64,000 bases of DNA from assembly GCA_977017645.1 (NCBI GenBank), contig OZ360222.1:179614001-179678000 (forward strand). Direction: 5' to 3'. This DNA comes from Torpedo marmorata. Taxonomy: Eukaryota. The position numbers and the translations under genes were made by a program. Positions 11,116 to 23,264 of the stretch are shown here, piece by piece (position 1 is the first letter of the stretch; every line of letters starts with the position of its first letter). The notes beneath the pieces were generated by a model, which was given only the letters and a program-made list of their open reading frames with translations, did not search any database and was not told the origin of the DNA.

Positions 11116-13699
11116 AGTGAAAGTCAAAAAATACTTCATTGGTTGTAAAACACTTCGAGATATCCTGCAACCATGATAATCTGTCGTATGTCCCTTTCCT
11201 TTCAATTGGAAGCATTCCAAATATTTTCTCTGGACCCCTGATGTACCTCAGCTTTGCTGTAGCCAGTACACCATCTTGCTCTGATTAACAGAACTTTCAT
11301 TTGCATTATGTAGGCCGATGACCTGTCAAATATAGCATCCAACAAGACTCTTGCTTGATCCTCTTGTATTTTTCAAGGCTCTCTGCCCAGACAGTGTGCT
11401 GACTATTTCAGACCCAATAATGTACCAAATAACGTCCCCATTCATTCCTTCATATTTATTGACCCACATCATTTATCCCAGCTCCTTGCAGAAGCATGGA
11501 TTTTAATTGTACAGTTTGTGTATAATTAGATCATAAAATGCACACTTGATATTAGCTCAGATGTATCTTGTCTTTTCTCTTCCTTATTTCAATATTACTG
11601 CTGCCCTGTGATCTATACTTTGAGATACTCATACTCGTACTCTAAGTTTGTGCCAGCCACTATATTAGTCATTTTGTAGATAAAATTCCCATAAACTGAG
11701 GCAAGATCAGGAACATAGTTGTTCTCCATTAGTTTGAACAATATCAAATCAGTAACGATCCATTGGAATGCTTAGAGTTGAAGCTATTCATCATGAATAT
11801 GAAAGGTAAAAGAACAATGTATCTCTGCTGTTTTAAATGAAGCTCACTTTTCTTCAGCTTCTCAATAAAGTGATTGCTTGTCACGTGACTCAACAATGCA
11901 TGCTCTTTTATTTAAAGCAGAAACAAAATGATGGAGGGTCAGGCAGTGTTTGTGGAAAGAAAAACAGAATTAACATTTCGGTTTGACTTAATCAGAACTG
12001 CTGAATGTCTCCAGCATTTATTTATTTCAGATTTTCTTTCAGAGTGGAAGAAACTTAGCTTCAGCTTCCAGCTCTCCATTCTGTGCCTTTAACTGGGTGT
12101 AAACCTAGTTGCTCAGTTGTGGCTTGATTCTTCTTGACTGCTTTGCTGTTGATGGCACAGAGATAAATGGTCTCTGTCACTCGTACACATTTGTGAGAAA
12201 AGACAGTGTCAGTGTGATTTATGAAACTATCTGCAGGCGTTTTATTTCTCACTCATTGGATTTTAGTCTGCCAGACAAGCTGGACTGACAATATACACGG
12301 CAGCCCCCTGGTCAACAAAAGCCCGGCCTTGCAATGACCCTGGCAAGAAATGTGCAGTACAAGCTTTTGGAGTCGAAGGAATCCTTATTAAAGACTGTTC
12401 TCATTTCACTCTTTCTGGTTTAATTGTTTTCTTAGTGAATAGTTTTTTAAAAAAAACAGTCTATCCCAGTCATGTTTACACATATGATCTGGTCCAGCTC
12501 TTTTTGTTCTCGTCCATCCATTATAATAACAAAAATATATCCCATCAATGCTTGCTTCATAACTACTGTGAGGCCAACCAGATAAAAATCTGCCCTTAGA
12601 GAAGAATCACTCATTCTGTTTTCATGACCAGGCTGGAACATAGAGCACAAAGTTGTGACGGAGATAGGGTGAAGTTTTTAATCCTTTTTTAAAATCCATG
12701 AACTCCCTGGGGACTCTGTCAGTAGATAGGTTGTCAAGTAAGGGAACTGAACTGTACAGTGCAAGAGGTTCTGAGCATGGTTTGTGCAGAATTAGCAGAT
12801 CTTAAGACAAAGCCAAAAATTGGTCTTGATTAAGATGAGGGGTATTCAAACAGGACTATAATATTTAAACACACTATATGATTTCTGCCTGGAAATGCTT
12901 ATGTATTTAACAGAGTTGGCTCAAATGTGAGGCTCTTCCTAGTTGAATAATCCACTATTGGCACCCACAGATATTCATCTGAGTATATTATTCCACTCTG
13001 TGCCATCGGTTCAAGCAAAGTGGAAGAAAACTGGAGTACACGAGATCAAATGTTTAAAAACAAATGTATGTCTGTATTTAAAATCATTCAAATGTTGTTC
13101 TTGGGTACCAGATCCAAATTAAACAAGGCAGTTTTCTACAATGTCTCCTCAAATTTGGAGTAATCGTTCTATTACTGCCACTCCCACATCATTCCCACAA
13201 CTACCTATCCAGTGTTGTCGTACATCATTGCTGCTGCCACACTCTAGCTGTGTTGTTGCTCCATCATCAGCATCCCATCACAAGAATCGTGGGGCACCAA
13301 AGGAGGCCATTCACATCTTGCCTCAGTGTTACCTCATCAGAATTGCGGTTCTACTTTGAGTCCTTTTAAATTTCAGTCGATGATTTTATCAAATTTATAG
13401 TAGTCAATAAATAATTCTGCTATCCTCTCAAATCAATGTGCCCTCTGCTTGCTGATCTCTTGCACTAGGAACCAAAATGGCTCTGTTGTGTAGAGAATGC
13501 CATTGCAATATTACAATTATCTCCTTGGAAGGGTATGTCTAAAGAAAAAGGCAGCACCTGCCATCTAAACAAAGAATGGTAGTACAGCTCTTCCAATGTT
13601 TTGAGTTTGCTGTTTTGCTTGCAGCAGCTAGTAGCTTTAAGAGAGGACATATTGGAGTCTTGCTCCTTTGTAACTCTTTTATCTCCATTGGCTTGTAGA

Positions 13700-13960
13700 A
13701 TCATGTAGGCCCTTCAGCCCACCGGATCTATGCCACCCATCAAATGTTCATGGACACTAATCCTACACTAAACCCATATTATTATCCCAAAATTCTACCA
13801 CTCACCAAAACACCTGGGGCAAATTACAGTGGCCTTTGTGATGTGGGAGGAAAGTGGGGCATCTGGAGGAACCCACATGATCACAGGGTGTGTTCAAACT
13901 CCACACAGAAAGCACCTGAAGTCAGGATAAAACCAGAGTCCCTGGAGCTGTGAGACTCCA
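13700..13960 (-). mobile_element. Old HE1/V-SINE-like SINE
   Basis: Degenerate V-domain (gggaggaaa...gaggaacccaca...caaactccacacag) and a CR1-like tail. Confidence 0.6.
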
Positions 13961-14834
13961 ACTCTATGATATATGACCTTGTTCTCTGGTATGAGTTGGC
14001 ATTTGTTTTATAATGCTCTGTGAAACCCCTTGTTTGTTCTTTGTTAAAGCTGCTACGTGAATGGAAACAGTTGTTGTTTCAGAAAGTGGGCTTCCCGCAC
14101 ATTATCACCAGCTCCACTCCATCACCATGCATAATTAATTCCACTTCTTCCACACCACCTCTCTCTTCACTGTGCCACCCATAGAACTGCATTTCCTAAC
14201 AAAACCATCTTTTGTGTTCAATTTTCTCCTACTGAGATCCAGTGTACACCAATACAACTGTGAATATTTATTTTGCTATCCTTTCATATTTCTTTTTTCT
14301 GTTTCGTGGCACACTGTGATAATTTAATACCATTGTTGTTGGTGTCTCTTGTTTACCTGCGTGGTTGCAGCAAGGAAGAAATTTGGTGCATCTGTACATT
14401 ATACTTGTGTATATGACAATAAACTCTCAAATGCATATTCAATACATCCAAAACTCCATTGTCTGGATCCTGATTATCTCTTGTACCATTTTATTTCCTT
14501 ACCAACATTGCATTCTTATCTCAAACCATATCAAATTTAAAATTCCTTCATGGCTATATCTCACTCCTAATATCCACCTGTGCCTCTACTCATTAGATTT
14601 CAGGTGTACTCACTTTGGTTCTGCTCTCTTGAACAACTGGTGTTCCTCATGCACCTCTTGGACATCCCTCCAATTGATAATTGATGTATGCACCTGGGAC
14701 TCAAGGCTTGACCTAGAATGCATGAGGTTCAACGTTGACTTTGGCTGAGCTCCAGCTCCAACCAGAATCCAACTGAAGTAGAGTCGACATATGTCCTTTC
14801 ACCCCTTCACTTCCTGCATTTGTTTTCCCTGGAG

Positions 14835-16250
14835 CAGAGGAGGCTCATGGTCCAGGTTGCAGGAAAGGTTCTCCGTTCCCTCCGGCGAAGTCAGGGATTG
14901 GTAAGATAATGATGTATTAGTGGGACTGGGGAATGAATCTATGGCTCACTGGCTGGCGAACAGAGGACGACAGTCTGTTATGCAGGCTGCTCAAAAGGCT
15001 GGGGATATTGGAGATGTGATTCGGACAATGCAGCAGCCTGGGGAGACGATGGTGGATTATCTGGCAAAGTACAAGAGCAAATGGGATGAGTGGGCTGGTG
15101 TTAATCAACCACTGGCTATCCAGACCTTGCTAAATTGCATGTGGCCAAGACATGACCAAACTTTTAAAATGAGAAATTCTTATTGGCAAACAAATAACTG
15201 GGCTGAAGTTACTATTATATTGGCTAATATGGACAAGGATAATTTTTTCCCTATAAGTTACAAAAAGGATAAGAACATGAGTCAGTTTTATCAAGGAGCC
15301 AACTATACAGGTAGAGGTCGAGGGAGGAGATGAGGCATGGGGCGTTTAGTTTATGAATAGGTGGGGACCACTAGCCCGCTATAGGTCACAGGATGAATGC
15401 CACTGATGTGGTCATAAAGGGCATTGGGATGTATTGCCACTACATGGAAGTCGGATGTAGACTTAGGGTTGGAAAGATGGCACGCAGAATTGCGTTCATG
15501 CATACCACTCGAAAAAATTACATATAATTTACGTGATAAGTATCATTTCTTTTTGGAAGTATGGAGCCCATATATAAAAATTGTGGGTTTAAGGATTTGA
15601 AGATCTCTGGACATCGGTTCTGGCTGGCGAGCCTATCCTCCACAATAAGATCAGTTTATAGTTGTTCTTTTTAGATTGACATTCTCCTTACTCTATCCTT
15701 TTCTTCTTCTTTCTTTCTTTTTGGGAGGGTTAGGGAGGGGAGGGAGGGAGGGAGGGGGGGGTGAAAAGGTATCACATGTAACTTGAGAAATTTGCATTTT
15801 AAACTGTGTATTATGTGATTTAAAAATTTTAAATAAAATATTTTAAAAAATTAAAAAAATAAAGGGCATTGGGCACAAAATTGTTGGTCGGCCGCACCTC
15901 GTGCCCTAACACAGCATGAGGCATGCAGTGGTGTTACTGCTCAATTCCACTGCAACACAATATTTTACAGCATCATGTCTGACCAGTTATGAAGTTATTT
16001 ATGTCTCATCCTAATTTCACCTTCTTGTGTTCTCCAGTGATCAGCCCCTTTCCTGCCAGAACCTACTGATGAGGGAATCGGAGATGTGGAACATGACTGA
16101 ACCACTCTCTTAAAAGCCGTTACCTCCCTTCATCCCGACCTGTCAGACCAGCCTTTGGAGAATGCAAATCTGGTGTAATACATTGATGATTCATCATGGC
16201 GTCCTGCAGATAATGTTCTTCTAGCCAGTTATGCCATTGTCAAACCATTT
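14835..16250 (+). pseudogene. Endogenous retrovirus gag (CA-NC) and pol (tether/RNase H) remnants, gamma/epsilon-like
   Basis: ORF 14920..15333 (QQPGETMVDYL, RGRGRR). Zinc knuckle ECH*CGHKGHW|AQNC is split by an L1. ~15955-16250 reads LTSYEVI...EHD*...HPDLSDQPLENANLV*YIDDSS...SYAIV, a retroviral RNase H start. Confidence 0.8.
15429..15858 (+). mobile_element. 5'-truncated L1 (family A) inserted in the ERV gag
   Basis: CIATTWKS...RWHAELRSCIPLEKI...W.PY, A-rich tail, and 15-bp TSD ataaagggcattggg (15414-15428 / 15859-15873). Confidence 0.9.
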
Positions 16251-16254
16251 TAAC

Positions 16255-17258
16255 TTGCCCTTTTGCCATATGTCCACTGTCCCTGAGTCCACCCCTATAA
16301 ATCGCTACTAAAGGTGACTGCCCACTGATCATTACCAGTTTCTCTAATTACCGTCTCCACTGGGGATCCCAGAGGAACAATAGGATCTCCTACCTGCTGC
16401 CGATGTTTTATCAATCGTTTTATCTTCTGACATGTTTTCCTTGTCACGCAAGATGTATTTGGAATTGGTTTACCTTTCCTTGATTCTGGTTCTGACTTCA
16501 GAACTCGCATTGTCTTTGATCCCATGGTATCTTTACTAGGGTGATTTACCATGACTGCACTGCAAACTGAACTAATTTCTTACATAATATATAATATACA
16601 GAATACAGCAATTTATAACAATTTTACAAGAATGCTCACCGGTGATCTCTGAAGCTAACCTAGAACGTCTCTGACTTTTATTCTAACTTTAATTTCTTCC
16701 AAACCTCATACTTCTCTTGTCTTCTCACTTCTCACTTCTTCCCCACTTCTTGCCTCAGCCCATTGGCGTCTCGGCTCAGTATGGGTCATTGGCCAGGTGT
16801 GGGGACTCTAAGTTTTTGTCTCTCTCTCCCAGGACCTGTCTTTTTCAAAAAGTAAAAAAATCTTTTTTTTTTTTAGTTAGTACGGATTCCATTCCAATAG
16901 GGATCCTGCCAACTACGCCAATTCTGTCAACGAGTTTACCTGATCGGAGACCTTGAATATCGTTTCACAGACTTTATTTCACATGATATATCATGGAAAG
17001 CAGGCAGCAGTCTCCACAGCTATCCGACTCCAAAATCTACCTCTACAAGCACTTGTATTTATACTGAGAGACAAACAAGCTGTTACAGAAAATAGGATTA
17101 CATCATGGAATAAACCCATTGAAAACCACATCAAGACCTTTATTACAATTTTTGTATATTAAAATCTTGGTTTTGTCTAATTTGAAGAAGAATGCATCAA
17201 TAACAACTGTTAGCATCTAAATAATGCCTTGCTGAACAGGTGCTGTATTAAAACAGGC
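16255..17258 (-). mobile_element. ERV 5' portion: LTR, PBS(Ser), leader and gag N-terminus
   Basis: On the minus strand: TATAAATA (17056-17063), AATAAA (16973-16978), LTR end CA at 16925, PBS at 16903-16920, then ORF 16295..16552 containing MGSK... and a downstream WTQGQW (matrix-like). Confidence 0.7.
16903..16920 (-). promoter_or_regulatory. Primer-binding site complementary to the tRNA-Ser 3' end
   Basis: Plus strand atcctgccaactacgcca matches the vertebrate tRNA-Ser 3' end ATCCTGCCGACTACGCCA at 17/18, so the minus strand reads TGGCGTAGTTGGCAGGAT. Confidence 0.85.
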
Positions 17259-17512
17259 TGGTAAACCACTGTTGTATGAACTATGGGGCTGGGGATAAGT
17301 CTGAGCACGCCCTGCTGTCTATCCCGGTGGCTCCTCCCCCTTCCTCCCTGAATAAAGGCCTTGAGCCACTGACCCCTCCTCCAGTTCTGGGATAGTCCAG
17401 CAGGTCTCAGCAGGTTAACTGTGACTTAACCTAGGCTCTGTCTTACTGCTAATAAAAGCCTTTCGATCTCCCATTACTTCCTGCCTCTGGTAAGTCATTG
17501 ATAGGTGTATCA
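17259..17512 (+). repeat. 5' LTR of Gypsy A
   Basis: Direct repeat of 21643-21896, ending gtatca. Confidence 0.95.
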
Positions 17513-17536
17513 ATTTTATTAGCAGTAAAAAGCCTG

Positions 17537-20500
17537 ATGGAGAACGTTTTGAGACCGGACAAGTTGGATATCGATCCCCTGGCTCAAGATGCCGCTAGCG
17601 CTTTCGAACTCTGGCTGCGCTGTTTCCGACCATTCCTGCGGTCGATCAGACAACGAGGACGACAAACTGAACATCCTCATGTCCAGGGTAAGCCCTCGTG
17701 TGTATACAACCGTTTGAGACTGCCAGACCTACGAGGAAGCTATGCAAGCCCTAAAGAGACTGTACTTAACGCCCGTGAACGCGGTCTACGCGAGACACCG
17801 GCTATCGCAACAGCGCCTGCGCCCCAGTGAGTTGATCTCCGAATTCATTCAAGACGTGCAGTCGCTGGTGCGAGCGTGCGACTGCAGAGCGCTGACGGCT
17901 GAGCAGCACGCTGATCTGCTAGCAAGGGACACTTTCATCATGGGGATCAGGTCGGCATACATGCGCCAGCGATTGCTGGAGCGCGTCGATCTGACCCTCA
18001 AATCCGCTGTCCAGACGGCCCTCACGCTGGAGGCTGCGCTGAGAAACTCAGACGCTATGCAGGCGCAGCCTGCCTCGTGGACAGCCCCAACCGCCAGCCC
18101 TGCAAGCGAGATGACCGCCGCTGCTGTCTGCCGCGACCCGATCGCCGCCGCCGCCACCATCCGTGAACTCGCCGCCGCCGCCGCTGCCCGAGAGCCCGCC
18201 ACCGCCATCCGTGAGTTAACCGCCGCGGCCGTTACCCGAGAGCCCGAGAAGTGTTACTTTTGCGGGCTCGACAAACATCCGCGCAAACGCTGCCCGGCCC
18301 GAGACGCGACTTGCTCCAGTTGCGGCAAGAAAGGCCACTACGCTAAGGCCTGCTGCACCAGGCCGCGTGCGGTTCCGAGCAGCGCCGCGTGCGAAGTGAG
18401 GGAGCGGCCATCTTACCTATTGTCACTTCCGGCGGCGACCTCGTGCGAGGAATGGAGGCGGCCATCTTGGACCCCGGCACTTCTGGCACCGGCACTTCCG
18501 GCGCGGCCATTTTACAGTCTCACGTCTGCACTTCCGGCACTTCCGGCGCCGCCATCTTGTAGCTCCAGCCGCGACACGTGCGACCCACGGGGGCAGCCAT
18601 CTTTGCCAGCGTCGGATCAAGACTACACGTCGGATCAAGACTACGTCCCGACCCTGGCGTCGGTCACACTCGATCAGAGCGCGCCCCACCAGCTGTCCAG
18701 ATCTATGATGGACATACTAGTCAAGGGGCGCAAGACTACCTGCCTGTTCGATACAGGCAGCACCGAAAGCTTCATTCACCCAGACACTGTCCAGCGCTGT
18801 GGCCTCACGACTGTACCGGTAAGCCAGAGGGTGGCCATGGCGTCTGGGTCGCACACAACGGACATCCGGGGGGGTTGTGTGGCGAACATTGTAGTACAGG
18901 GCACAGAATATCGGGACTTTTCATTACTCGTCATGCCTCGTTTGTGTGCGCCTGTACTGCTGGGACTTGACTTTCAGAGTCACCTACGAAGCGTCACCAT
19001 GCGCTACGACGGGCCCCACCCTCCGATCACAGTGACTAACCACCAGTACCTGAACAATACGCCCCAGACTACCTGTGGCCTCTCCACGCTTAAGATCCCG
19101 CCCCCGTCACTCTTCGCCAACCTGACCCCCGACTGTAAGCCCGTGGCAACCAAGAGCAGGCGATACAGCGCGGGGGACAGGGTGTTCATCAAGGCGGAGG
19201 TGAAACGCCTACTGGGGGAGGGGATCATCGAACCCAGTAACAGCCCCTGGAGAGCCCAGGTAGTCGTGGTAAAGAATGGGGCCAAGAGCCGGATGGTGGT
19301 GGACTATAGTCAGACTATCAATCGGTTTACGCAATTGGATGCCTACCCGTTGCCGCGAATAGCGGATATGGTCAATCAAATTGCACAGTACAGACTGTTC
19401 TCAACTATAGACTTAAAGTCGGCTTATCACCAGCTCCCGATCCGCCGGGAAGACCGCGCGTACACCGCCTTTGAGGCGGACGGCAGGTTGTTCCATTTCC
19501 TGCGCGTCCCCTTCGGAGTCACAAATGGGGTGTCCGTGTTCCAGCGGGAGATAGACAGGATAGTCAACCAATTTAAACTGAAAGCCACGTTCCCGTACCT
19601 GGACGACATCACCATATGTGGTCATGATCGCCAGGATCACGATAAGAACCTTCGGAGGTTCCTGCAGGTGGCCGAGGCGCTAAACCTCACCTATAATAAG
19701 GAGAAGTGCGTGTTCGGGACTACCCGACTCGCCATTCTGGGGTGCGTCGTGGAGAACGGGGTGATTGGACCCGACCCCGACCGCATGCGGCCCCTGCTGG
19801 AACTTCCGATTCCTCATACCCCCAAAGCCCTTAAACGATGCCTCGGGTTCTTCTCATATTATGAGCAGTGGGTTCCAAACTATGCGGATAAAGCCCGACC
19901 CCTCGTCAAATCCACCAAGTTTCCCCTTGCTTCGGAGGCACGTGAGGCTTTTGACCTCATAAAAGGGGACATTGCCCGAGCAGCAATGCACGCGGTGGAC
20001 GAGTCGGTACCTTTTCAGGTAGAGAGTGACGCATCGGACTTCGCGCTGGCTGCTACCCTCAACCAGGCGGGAAGACCGGTAGCGTTTTTCTCACGGACCC
20101 TCCAAGGCCCCGAAATTCGGCACTCCGCGGTTGAGAAAGAGGCCCAGGCCATAGTAGAGGCTATCAGGCACTGGAGGCACTATCTCGCCGGCAAGCATTT
20201 TATCCTGCTGACAGATCAACGCTCTGTCGCGTTTATGTTTAACAACCAGCAGCGGGGTAAGATCAAAAATGATAAAATCATGAGGTGGAGAATAGAACTC
20301 TCCACCTACAATTACGACATCCTTTACCGGCCCGGGAAGCTCAACGAGCCCCCCGATGCTCTAACCCGGGGGTCGTGCGCCAGCGCGCAGATCGACCGGT
20401 TACACGCCCTCCATTGTGACCTCTGCCACCCGGGAGTTACCAGGCTCTTTCACTTCGTTAAGGCACGGAACCTGCCGTACTCCCTGGAAGAGGTCAGGAC

Positions 20501-21506
20501 TATGACCAGCAGCTGCTGAGTCTGTGCGGATTGCAAACCGCAATTCTACCGCCCCGACAAGGCACAGCTGGTCAAGGCCACCTGCCCTTTCGAACGTCTT
20601 AGTATCGACTTCAAGGGCCCCCTCCCTTCCACGAACCGCAATGTGTACTTCCTCAATATTATTGATGAATACTCGCGGTTCCCCTTCGCCATCCCCTGCC
20701 CCGATACCTCGGCCACCTCTGCTATTAAAGCTCTTCGCCAGGTATTCACAATATTTGGTTTCCCCAACTATGTCCATAGCGACCGGGGATCAGCGTTTAT
20801 GAGTGAGGAACTGCGGCAGTACTTGCAGACCCGAGGCATCGCCACCAGTAGAACCACGGGGTACAACCCACGGGGAAACGGGCAGGTGGAGAGGGAGAAT
20901 GCTACCGTGTGGAAGGCCACGCTCCTGGCCCTCAAATCAAAAGGGTGGCCAGTAGCCCATTGGCAGGAAGTTCTCCCGGATGCCCTCCACTCCATACGGT
21001 CCCTGTTGTGTACCTCTACTAATGCCACCCCTCACGAACGCATCTTTTCCTTCCCCAGAAAGTCGACCACCGGAACCACCCTCCCTGCCTGGCTGACGTC
21101 CCCGGGACCTGTGCTACTCCGCAAGCACCTTCGGAGTAGCAAATACGATCCCATGGTCGAGAGGGTGCAGCTGACCCACGCGAATCCGCAGTATGCCTAT
21201 GTGGTCTTCCCTGATGGGCGGGAAGACACGGTATCGATACGGGACCTGGCGCCTGCAGGAGCGCCGGAAGAGGTCCCCAACAGCGAGAACGCCTGGTCGC
21301 AGCTGTTTCCCCCGTCTCCCCCACCCCCCAGCACGGCAGGCCCAGCACCCTCGCTGGGGCTGGATGGTCCACAAGCCAGGCAGGAGACAATCCTGCCATC
21401 CCCTTCTCCATCACTACCACCCCAACCACCATCGCCCGCCCCTTCACCACAGGTTCTACGCAGGTCGCAGCGGCGGATTCGACCGCCAGATAGGCTCGAC
21501 CTGTAA
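17537..21506 (+). pseudogene. gag-pol: Gypsy A gag-pol polyprotein (frameshift near 17640, TGA at 20517-20519)
   Basis: Starts MENVLRPDKL. Two Zn knuckles (CYFCGLDKHPRKRC, CSSCGKKGHYAKAC), protease LFDTGS, RT YLDD, RNase H SDAS...EKEA, integrase HHCC and SIDFKG...HSDRG...VER. ORFs 17742..20519 and 20643..21506 are in the same frame. Confidence 0.95.
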
Positions 21507-21640
21507 ATGTAACTGTAACTGTAATTGTAACTGTATATATATTTGTATATATCTGTCTACATGCGATACGCGTCTTGTGTGTGTAAATAATCACGGTAGC
21601 CACGTCACCCCGGTGGACTCTTTTAAAAAGGAGGGGTGAA

Positions 21641-21896
21641 TGTGGTAAACCACTGTTGTATGAACTATGGGGCTGGGGATAAGTCTGAGCACGCCCTGCT
21701 GTCTATCCCGGTGGCTCCTCCCCCTTCCTCCCTGAATAAAGGCCTTGAGCCACTGACCCCTCCTCCAGTTCCGGGATAGTCCAGCAGGTCTCAGCAGGTT
21801 AACTGTGACTTAACCTAGGCTCAGTCTTACTGCTAATAAAAGCCTTTCGATCTCCCATTACTTCCTGCCTCTGGTGAGTCATTGATAGGTGTATCA
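21641..21896 (+). repeat. 3' LTR of Gypsy A
   Basis: TG...CA, 256 bp, directly preceded by the PPT. Confidence 0.95.
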
Positions 21897-22514
21897 CTAT
21901 GATAGTGTCAATGTCAATCCTTTCTTCATAAAATTTCTTCCACATAAAGGTCTGCTACTGTGCTGTATGATTCCAAGACTAGATTGGATAAGCTTTACAG
22001 AACAATGCATTCAGTCTGTAGGACTGATCCTGAGCTTCCAGTTGGCCATTAATTAAATTCTCCATCCAAGGCCTTTTGCATCTCATTTTCTGTCCACTTG
22101 CACTGCAGCCACCCACTCAATGTTGAATTCTTCAACTTTAACTACTCACTCTTTCTGTATATACCAGACCTGGTTTTTCGGACAGTCATCCATCTGAGCT
22201 TCTGGCACAGTTTTACTCTCTCCATCAGTATAGGCAGGATGTTTCTGTCATTTTCTGTTTTGTTTCAGATTTTCAGTTTATGATTACCAGGTCAGCATTC
22301 TACTTCTCTTTTCCTCTCCTCTTGTTTATCTTCTGTTTTAGAATGGCCCTCAGAGCAGTAATTAATGAGTGGTGGAAAGTAAGAAGTAAGAACTCCCAAA
22401 TTCTGCTTCCAATGTTTGCCAAATATGGCAAAATTGTGTATTACTATTTTGCTATAAATTTCAGTTTACTTTGAATTATTAAAATTGAATAAAATCATAC
22501 CATATACTTTTATA

Positions 22515-22835
22515 ATAGGCTCCCGAAGGGCCTCGGGCACTGAAGGCTTCTTGATTATATCGGAGGTTTGGATCTGGAGCTCGGGTTGCCAACAGATAGA
22601 ACAGGGGCCTGTGCGGCTGCAGAGGCTGTGGGAGCACTGGAGGTGAATCCATGGACACTCAGTGACTCTGAAGGGACTTTCTTTTGCTTCTCTTTCTCTT
22701 ATTGTAAGGGGTGCCAGGCAATATTAGTGGCAACTCTTTGTGTGCCTAACAGCAGGCAAAAGAAAATTTTGTCTAATATTACACTTTCTGCTTTATTACA
22801 TGACAATAAAAGAATCTTGAACAAAAAAATCTTGA
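22515..22835 (+). mobile_element. Non-coding retroposon 3' end with Rex/Babar-like tail
   Basis: tgtgtgcct...ggcaaaagaaaattt...catgacaataaa followed by tcttgaa repeats; related to the tails at 51.1 and 60.0 kb. Confidence 0.45.
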
Positions 22836-23264
22836 AAATTAAACTGAATGAAAAGAGGCAGCCTACATTTCTGTGTTTAACAGACTTTTCCTCACTTTCT
22901 CCTGCTTTAAAGATTTCGATGAATAGCAAGAGTTTTCAAGGGATAGTTTCTCAAGCTCTCTGAGCCCCACTGCAGACTTATTTTCTGTGCTCCACCCCCA
23001 AATTCTCCCTCTTCCTTTAAATATTGAATAAAAGCTATTAACCTTTATAATTATTTCCCTCTTCTAACTTTTCCAAACCCCTCTAGGGTTGTAGTTTAAA
23101 AAGATTATGAGAGAATACAGTGATGAATACCTTTATTGGAAATGTGTAAAATCACAACTTCACATGGAGAGTGTTATATTTTAGTAATGTTAAGCTTGCA
23201 ACAAGCAGACCTCAGAACTCTTTGAATTTGCCTTGAGTTGTTAAATATACAGTGTAAATCAAAC

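Larger units (their letters stand above)
17259..21896 (+). mobile_element. Ty3/Gypsy LTR retrotransposon A (full length)
   Basis: LTRs 17259-17512 and 21641-21896 show 3 substitutions. The 5' LTR lacks the first TG and no TSD is seen. PPT aaaaaggaggggtgaa; domain order gag-PR-RT-RH-IN. Confidence 0.97.

Noticed and set aside
12296-12315. CTCF-like site (cagccccctggtc)
   Set aside because: A single short motif match that could occur by chance in 64 kb.
16903-16920. tRNA-Ser gene
   Set aside because: Only the last 18 nt, including the non-templated CCA, are present; this is a retroviral PBS, not a gene.
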